From Planctomycetota bacterium (GTDB taxonomy: Bacteria; Planctomycetota; UBA8108; JACQVS01): 64,000 bases of DNA. The translations under genes were made by a program, and so were the position numbers. Position 1 is the stretch's first letter. Every line of letters begins with the position of its first letter. The DNA lies in the NCBI GenBank assembly GCA_028280485.1, contig JANQLS010000048.1, positions 5,577 through 69,576 of the forward strand, written 5' to 3'. Positions 58,196-64,000 of this stretch are shown here, piece after piece. Under the pieces are notes generated by a model, which had not been told where the DNA came from, did no database searches, and saw only the letters and a program-made list of their open reading frames with translations.

Positions 58196-59095
58196 GTGCG
58201 ATCTCAACCTCGCCTATTCAGTACTTTTGTCTTTTCGACATGCTTATTTGTTAAGCCCATGACACTATTCAAAAAACGATTCTTCCAATTGACACTGATC
58301 GCATTTGTAGGTTTGATCTTCATTGCTGGGCTTAATTGGGATGCTTTGGTTATGGAATACAAATTGTGGAGAAATTTCAAAAGCTTAGGATTGAACAATC
58401 AGGGTTATCGAGAATATGAGCATTTAAAGTCTGATATCGTGATGGTTCTACTTCCTGGTGGTGTGTTTAAGATGGGAAGTCCAGTAGATGAAGAGGGGCG
58501 AAATGAAAATGAAGAGCTCCAACGTAAAGTGACACTCCCGGCTTTTTTAATTGGTAAGTACGAAGTTTCACAAGGGCAATGGGAGAGGATTATGGAGATA
58601 AACAACTCTAAAAACAAAAAAGATAAACTCCCTGTAGATTCTGTAACTGGGGATAAGTGCATTGAGTTTTGTGAGAAAACTGAGTTAAGCCTACCAACTG
58701 AAGAGCAATGGGAATATGCCTGTAGAGCTGGAACCTCCACTCCATTTTCATTCGGATCTACAATTACATACGACCAAGCAAATTTTTTTGTTATGAATCC
58801 AGCTAACGGGAAATCAGGTGTTCAGGCGCGGGGAAAAACGATCCCGGTAGGTAGTCTTAAGCCTAATCAATGGGGGATTTTTGACATGCACGGAAATGTG
58901 TGGGAATGGTGTACTACGAAGGAAAAGCAGGGCACAGTGACGTCAGATATCGAGGAGGATAAGCCGAAGAATATTATGCGTGGAGGATCTTTCGCTCATT
59001 CAATATATTATGCCCGATCCGCTCAACGTAAGATCCTGGAGCAGGGTATTGTCAGGGGGACGGTTGGTTTTCGGGTTGTGTGGAATTTCGATTAG
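58196..59095 (+). CDS. TM-anchored FGE-sulfatase/C-type-lectin-like domain protein (family F)
   Basis: LNWDALVMEYKLW, LLPGGVFKMGSPVDE, LPTEEQWEYACRAGTSTPFSFG, HGNVWEWC, IMRGGSF, GFRVVWNF. It lies 20 nt after the YceK-like gene. Confidence 0.75.
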   Translation: MRSQPRLFSTFVFSTCLFVKPMTLFKKRFFQLTLIAFVGLIFIAGLNWDALVMEYKLWRNFKSLGLNNQGYREYEHLKSDIVMVLLPGGVFKMGSPVDEEGRNENEELQRKVTLPAFLIGKYEVSQGQWERIMEINNSKNKKDKLPVDSVTGDKCIEFCEKTELSLPTEEQWEYACRAGTSTPFSFGSTITYDQANFFVMNPANGKSGVQARGKTIPVGSLKPNQWGIFDMHGNVWEWCTTKEKQGTVTSDIEEDKPKNIMRGGSFAHSIYYARSAQRKILEQGIVRGTVGFRVVWNFD

Positions 59096-59199
59096 ATGAG
59101 AGAGGGCTAATATTTGAGAGTAGCGATAGAAATTCCTTTTGCTCTTTATAGAGTTCGTAGATCAATAACCATAAACATATGAAGAGACACAGTAAGTAA

Positions 59200-59700
59200 A
59201 TGAAAAATTTAGGATTATTATTAGTGTTCGGGTGTCTCTTCGGTTGCGAAAAGAAAGATAAAATCACCTCTAATCCCTTAAGTGAAAAAATAATTCGAGA
59301 CGTTTACGACTGCTCTGATGAATTATCTCTAATGCTAGTAACCAGCGGTAAAGATCCTAAAAAATTCACTTTAGAAGGAATAGGGGGAACTGTTAGTTTT
59401 GGGAAATCATCAGAGATTATCAAGAAGCTCGAATCGATTGGGTTTAAGCACAACAAAGAAATCGAAGCTGAAATGCAAAAAATGTTTCCAGGCATGTCGA
59501 TCGGTCCTTCTTTATTTCATCCTGATCATCTCTCGTTCCAGGTGGATTTAATCGCTGACCCCGTCGGTCAAATTGCCTTTTCACAGGATATTAACATTGG
59601 ATTCCTTCACAAAATGTGTGCGGCCCTTAAAGTTGAAGGGGAGGTAATCATCTTTGATGCTAAAAGCGGAGTTATTTATCCAATTCCTAAGATTGATTAA
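59200..59700 (+). CDS. lipoprotein, hypothetical
   Basis: Lipobox LVFGCLFGC, 166 aa. Confidence 0.45.
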   Translation: MKNLGLLLVFGCLFGCEKKDKITSNPLSEKIIRDVYDCSDELSLMLVTSGKDPKKFTLEGIGGTVSFGKSSEIIKKLESIGFKHNKEIEAEMQKMFPGMSIGPSLFHPDHLSFQVDLIADPVGQIAFSQDINIGFLHKMCAALKVEGEVIIFDAKSGVIYPIPKID

Positions 59701-59785
59701 TTTATTTTTTTCACTCAGGTTTTCAGCATAGCCTGAATTTAAATTAAAAATTCTATTTGGCGAAGCGATTAAAGTAATTGGGAGT

Positions 59786-60199
59786 ATGTCTGCATTGTCA
59801 AAAATCGTTAAACTCCTGAAGATTTATAATGAATCCAGTTTTCAAAGCCTTTTGCTGGAGAAGAAGTTTGTTGCATTAGTCACCTCCGATCTGAGTGAAG
59901 CGGGACATCAGGCTATGATACGATATGTGAACTTATGGAAAGAATCTTCAAATCAACTAAGTCTCTCTTCAATTCGGATGGCCTTAATTTTGTTAGATGG
60001 TAGAACGCTCGATGTCGTTTACGATTGGATTAAAGAGGTTGGAATGGAATGCATTTATCTCGAAGGTGATACAAGGATTCATATCGGGGTGAGTCCAAAA
60101 TTCTTTTGGGTGAAAGATGGTCGTATAGTCAACTGGAAGAGTGTTTCTAGGTGCGATTTAGATTCTTTCTGTTCTGAGACGGTTTCGATATTAAACTGA
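59786..60199 (+). CDS. hypothetical protein (137 aa)
   Basis: ORF only. Confidence 0.35.
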   Translation: MSALSKIVKLLKIYNESSFQSLLLEKKFVALVTSDLSEAGHQAMIRYVNLWKESSNQLSLSSIRMALILLDGRTLDVVYDWIKEVGMECIYLEGDTRIHIGVSPKFFWVKDGRIVNWKSVSRCDLDSFCSETVSILN

Positions 60200-60242
60200 G
60201 ATCGTCATTACCCCATTTGAAATATTTATACTTCAGATCAAA

Positions 60243-61592
60243 ATGAATAACTTTACTAACGAACCATCAGAACACTCCCCACAACAGAAATGGCGAGATC
60301 TTACCTTAAATTATGTCAAGGCGGTGAACGAGTATGTTGAAAAGGGGCATCAAGATGGATGGGATACGGCGGGTCCTGAGCCTGAAGATCCAGGTAGAGA
60401 AGATCTTGTTGAATCTTTGTTGGAGGCCATTCGTAGGGCAAATTTTGCTGGTGATACTAGTGATATTGAAAAATTAAGGAATGATTGGCCTCCTGCTCAA
60501 AGGCCCTTGATCGAGATTTTAGAGAAGCAGGGACAAAGTCTGCCTCTGGTTTATTTATTGCCCGATGATTCAATCCTTTTGCGGATTGGATCCGAGTATC
60601 AAAAGGGGAAAACAGTTCGAATAAGTGGTGATGAAGTTTATGAATTGGAGGAGGTCGGTTTTTTCGGGAGAAGCCCAAACCGTCGATATTTTGCTATTTC
60701 CAGAAAAGAAGGAGTGGAAATAATTGATGGTTGGGAAGGTCCTCAAGTGACGATGTGTCTCTGGCCCACAGGCTTAGAAAACATTCCTAAGGGTTATGAG
60801 GTGAACCCATTAACGAAACCACCAACCCCTACAAGATTAATTCCATTTCCTGATGGCACTCAAGTCTTGATTGTTAGTGATGATGGTATTTTTGTTTCTT
60901 CTCCAACTTCGGTTAAAAGAATTCATCCAACTCAAGAAGATCTTCGAGTAGAGTTTGATTATGAATTGGAAGATGATCCTGATGAAGAATTAACTGTTTC
61001 GATAAGTATGGCACACGGAGCGATTTCAAATTCGGGTGACTTAATTGCTGTGGGATCACAAGACAGCACTCATCTTGTGTTTGATCGAAATTTTAATCTC
61101 ATTGCAAATATAGGGAATCTAAGTGAGTATCCACACTACAGTCTATTCAGTTCAGACGATGAAATGATCGTCTTCAATTCTTGTCATTTCTACAATGGTA
61201 TCACTGTAGGAGTTCCTACTTCTTTGCTACCAGGGTTGGTAACTGAAAAATATGAAGAAGACGAGAGGGTGCCAATTCTTGAGGACATATCAAGAGTTTA
61301 CGCGGGCGTGAGTAATCGAGATGCATTTATTCTCGGGAATGGTGATGGAGACGTGGTTGCTGTCGATACGGATGGAAATGTTCTGTGGCACCAATTCATT
61401 GGCTCATCCGTTGGTAATATTGATATTTCTAATGATGGAAAAACCTTAGTTGTTTCCACTTATGCTGGATTTGTATCGATTTTTAAATTAGATGCAGGGA
61501 AACAAGCACCCCATCAAATTGGGAATGGAAACCATTTAGAGGTGAGGCGCTGGATCTTTTGGAAGGATGAAGAAAAACCTTTAAGATGGTAA
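60243..61592 (+). CDS. hypothetical protein (449 aa), possibly beta-propeller-like C-terminal half
   Basis: Long ORF. The C-terminal part has repeated beta-strand-like blocks (LIAVGSQDSTHLVFD; VVAVDTDGNVLWHQFIG). Weak. Confidence 0.45.
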   Translation: MNNFTNEPSEHSPQQKWRDLTLNYVKAVNEYVEKGHQDGWDTAGPEPEDPGREDLVESLLEAIRRANFAGDTSDIEKLRNDWPPAQRPLIEILEKQGQSLPLVYLLPDDSILLRIGSEYQKGKTVRISGDEVYELEEVGFFGRSPNRRYFAISRKEGVEIIDGWEGPQVTMCLWPTGLENIPKGYEVNPLTKPPTPTRLIPFPDGTQVLIVSDDGIFVSSPTSVKRIHPTQEDLRVEFDYELEDDPDEELTVSISMAHGAISNSGDLIAVGSQDSTHLVFDRNFNLIANIGNLSEYPHYSLFSSDDEMIVFNSCHFYNGITVGVPTSLLPGLVTEKYEEDERVPILEDISRVYAGVSNRDAFILGNGDGDVVAVDTDGNVLWHQFIGSSVGNIDISNDGKTLVVSTYAGFVSIFKLDAGKQAPHQIGNGNHLEVRRWIFWKDEEKPLRW

Positions 61593-61614
61593 TTAGAATT
61601 ACACGAAATGACAT

Positions 61615-61992
61615 ATGCCTTCCAATCCTAATATTAAAAACAAGAAAATCTACTTTTTAACTATTCCCCTTGTCATCGCAGGCGTTGGGGCCATGTGGAT
61701 ACATCCAAGCTTGTTTGATTTCCTCGAACGAAAGGTGATTCAGAATGAATACGGAATGGAAGCATGGGAAAGTGGGCTTCGGGTAATTGACAACAAAGGT
61801 AACCTTTCTGATGGATCCGCACTTTCTGGTTCAAATGAATTCATTCTATACGTTGGAAGCTTCATTTTGACAGTTCCTATTTTCTTGCTCACTGGAATAG
61901 GTCTTAGTATTATTTTTATGAAAATCCTCAATATCAGTTATAAGGAGATAAAAGAAATAGCTGAATCAGCCTACGGGCGTTCACTCAAGTAG
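61615..61992 (+). CDS. small integral membrane protein
   Basis: 125 aa, 2 TM. Confidence 0.4.
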   Translation: MPSNPNIKNKKIYFLTIPLVIAGVGAMWIHPSLFDFLERKVIQNEYGMEAWESGLRVIDNKGNLSDGSALSGSNEFILYVGSFILTVPIFLLTGIGLSIIFMKILNISYKEIKEIAESAYGRSLK

Positions 61993-62012
61993 AGGGATAT
62001 CTTGTTGATCTT

Positions 62013-63686
62013 CTATCTTCCAGAAGGTTCTGATATTGGTTTTTCTAAAAGCGGATTCTTTAAAAACCAAGTACGAATATCTTTGATGATCTTAATTCGC
62101 TCCCAATCTTCGCAATTAGATATTCTTGAACAAAAGAAACCTTCGGTGAAATCAGTGTTCGCCATTTTTCTAAGAACGATTAACGCAATATCTTGATTGC
62201 GAAGGATCGTCCTGGAGGGGTAAAAGTCTCTCCAATATTCAACGCAACGGACTGGCCTTCGATCTTCGAGCATTTTTATGAGAGTTGGAACGGCAACTTC
62301 ACCCAATTCTAAAAAATCCAATGCGGGATTTTCTGCTGTGTTTGAATTTAAGGTGCCTGATAAGGGATGGCAAGCTCCGGGTTGAGAATACTGGTAGGCA
62401 ACGAGATCTCGTAGTGAATAGGTTAAATACTGAAGCCTTTTTTCAATTGGAAGATCTTTCGGATGGGTTGGAGCTTTCCAATTACGATCCTCTTCATTCA
62501 TGGTGGAAAGTAGAGTGGCTAACTCTTTTGACTCCTCTGCATAATCAGAGTCGGGGTGCTCCTGTTCTACTTTGCGAAATAGCTTCTCTGCTTGAATTCG
62601 ATCTCCTTTTCTCTGGAGAACGGTAACGGCTTCTAAGAATAGTTCCCAACCAGAAAGCCGAACTTCACTCGATCGAGATTCCGCTTTAGTTATTTTTTTA
62701 AACCTATTTTCAGATTGGTGGCCTAGCCAAGTTCTCCACCGATCAGTATCCCAATCAAAATTTTTTCCAGAGGCATTTTTGAGATAATAAACTCCAAGAT
62801 GCCCTTTTCCATTTTCACAGGTTTTGATTATTTCTAAAAATGATGAACGCTTGCCTTTTTTGGCTAATGCGTAATGTAGAGCAAGCTTCTCGTGAAACCC
62901 GGTTTCATTTTTCAGCATTTTTTCAAAGAGGGGAACATCTTCATCTGTTTCTTGTTCCGCAAGGAATTCAATCATTTCAGTTTTAATTCGACCGGATTCA
63001 CTTTCGACTTGTTGTCGGAAAAAATCGATTCTTGAGTCTAAACCGGAATTGATGCAGCTCAAGATCCAGACTCCCCAAAATCGAATATCGGGATTTTTGT
63101 GAACAGCAAGCTTAAATGCCTCTTGAAGAGCTGTTGAGGTGTTGATTTCCATTAAGATGGTGGCGGCTTCCTGGGAGTAAGTCGCCATCACCTCTTCTTC
63201 ACCATCAACCGAGCCGAATTTGATGAGCTGGGGTTCTTGTTCGAGGATTATGTTGACTAAGAACGGAACGACATCATCGGATCTACGAGCTAATTCTTTT
63301 CCCGATTCATCTATTCTGTCTTTAGCGTACTCTAAAAAGAGTGACTCAGAGCTTCGATATTCTAGGGATAGACAAGAGGAAAGAGTAACGATTGAAGATA
63401 GAAGAAATAGGTTTTTAGACAAAGATAAATGCTTCCCCGTGAGAAGTGACAACCGAAGAGTCACCGCTAAATAGCTCGAAATCGATTCAAGAGTTCTGCT
63501 TAATATCATAATTCGAGTTGAACTTAACATTTCACCTTCTTTCTTGAATGACCTTATTCGATATCCGTTTCCCATAATAACCTCTACCCAGTAATCCTGT
63601 GAGTTATAATATGGACTCTTTGTATACCCAGCACTCACCGGATAGATAATTTTTAGAACTTGTTTTCCCCAATTCAAATGCAACAA
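62013..63686 (-). CDS. secreted HEAT/TPR-like repeat protein
   Basis: Signal peptide and alpha-helical repeats (DEDVPLFEKMLKNETGFHEKLALHYALAKKG). Confidence 0.55.
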   Translation of the reverse strand: MLHLNWGKQVLKIIYPVSAGYTKSPYYNSQDYWVEVIMGNGYRIRSFKKEGEMLSSTRIMILSRTLESISSYLAVTLRLSLLTGKHLSLSKNLFLLSSIVTLSSCLSLEYRSSESLFLEYAKDRIDESGKELARRSDDVVPFLVNIILEQEPQLIKFGSVDGEEEVMATYSQEAATILMEINTSTALQEAFKLAVHKNPDIRFWGVWILSCINSGLDSRIDFFRQQVESESGRIKTEMIEFLAEQETDEDVPLFEKMLKNETGFHEKLALHYALAKKGKRSSFLEIIKTCENGKGHLGVYYLKNASGKNFDWDTDRWRTWLGHQSENRFKKITKAESRSSEVRLSGWELFLEAVTVLQRKGDRIQAEKLFRKVEQEHPDSDYAEESKELATLLSTMNEEDRNWKAPTHPKDLPIEKRLQYLTYSLRDLVAYQYSQPGACHPLSGTLNSNTAENPALDFLELGEVAVPTLIKMLEDRRPVRCVEYWRDFYPSRTILRNQDIALIVLRKMANTDFTEGFFCSRISNCEDWERIKIIKDIRTWFLKNPLLEKPISEPSGR

Positions 63687-63695
63687 ACATGGAAG

Positions 63696-64000
63696 TCTTA
63701 AAGTCTATTGTATTAGGGCAAGAACTTTGTACGGCTGCTTCGAGAGGAGATGAATTGATCGTAAAATCTCTGATTGAACTTGGAGCTCCTGTTGATGGTC
63801 CTTACTTTTTAGAAGGAGCACAGCCATACCTCAGTAGGGGGCAGGAAAAAATCGGCTTGCTCTTTGAAGACGATCCTTTTGAAATTGAGGGCTTTCATGG
63901 AGATGTATTACAAAATTTCAAGTTAGCGGCAGTGAACTCAATCAACGGTCCCGAAGATTCGTGTATTCCCTTTTTTTGTGCCTTGAGTTCGGGATCGAAA
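63696..64000 (+). CDS. ankyrin-repeat protein, N-terminal part (runs off window end); paralog of 29014..30156
   Basis: MEVLKSIVLGQELCTAASRGDELIVKSLIELGAPVDGPYFLEG...IPFFCALSSGS aligns with the N-terminus of 29014..30156. Confidence 0.55.

Noticed and set aside
36872-59095. Diversity-generating retroelement (the FGE/C-type-lectin fold is the classic DGR variable-protein fold, and three paralogs have variable C-termini)
   Set aside because: No reverse-transcriptase ORF (no YxDD-containing RT domain) in any frame of the window. I could not identify any non-coding template repeat matching a gene 3' end with adenine-specific differences. The differences between copies look like ordinary paralog divergence along the whole gene.
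1-64000. CRISPR array or cas genes
   Set aside because: No regularly spaced direct repeats seen. The only repeats are palindromic singletons or inverted pairs.
1-64000. Prophage or integrative element with integrase
   Set aside because: No integrase, terminase, capsid, portal or tail-like ORFs were recognised. The only mobile-element protein genes are the IS3 OrfA and OrfB.

Overview
Densely coding bacterial chromosomal segment of about 40% GC, with genes on both strands and no rRNA, CRISPR array, reverse transcriptase or phage structural genes recognised. The gene content is ECF sigma/Ser-Thr kinase pairing, dockerin-like EF-hand pairs, FGE-sulfatase (C-type-lectin-like) domains, DUF1375 lipoproteins, and many secreted or membrane-anchored HEAT, TPR, ankyrin and pentapeptide repeat proteins. 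By inference this resembles a PVC-superphylum-like genome (Planctomycetes, Verrucomicrobia, Lentisphaerae). The left ~8 kb holds an ECF sigma factor adjacent to a Ser/Thr kinase and two secreted paralogs. It also holds a tRNA 3' fragment with its own terminator, flanked by inverted copies of a 7-1-7 palindrome, beside a decayed IS3-family element; this looks like a genomic island boundary. Next come a 35-aa hydrophobic peptide gene with a strong SD and terminator, and an unusual regulator-like protein that has a DeoR-type C-terminal effector domain but a lysine-rich non-canonical N-terminus with an A9 tract. Positions 8.9-14 kb look housekeeping-like (NmrA/DUF2867 plus FeS-BCP-type photolyase operon, an SDR). 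From about 18 kb to the end the region looks accessory and is built of paralog families. There are five DUF1375/YceK-like lipoproteins and seven membrane-anchored HEAT-like proteins, including a subfamily with a 'WIWKLR-C-x3-DCE' motif. There are three TM-anchored FGE-domain proteins (one pseudogenised by a nonsense mutation plus a frameshift), two pentapeptide-repeat proteins and two ankyrin proteins. A tight cassette HEAT-like -> YceK-like -> FGE-domain recurs in whole or in part at several loci. This cassette is my best candidate for an undescribed envelope-associated system. Other notable items are a 4-gene operon ending in a small ABC/RecF-like ATPase, a family of palindromic intergenic elements built on CTAATTAG that overlap stop codons (one copy split by a GC-rich structured insert), and a perfect 25-bp inverted repeat hairpin.
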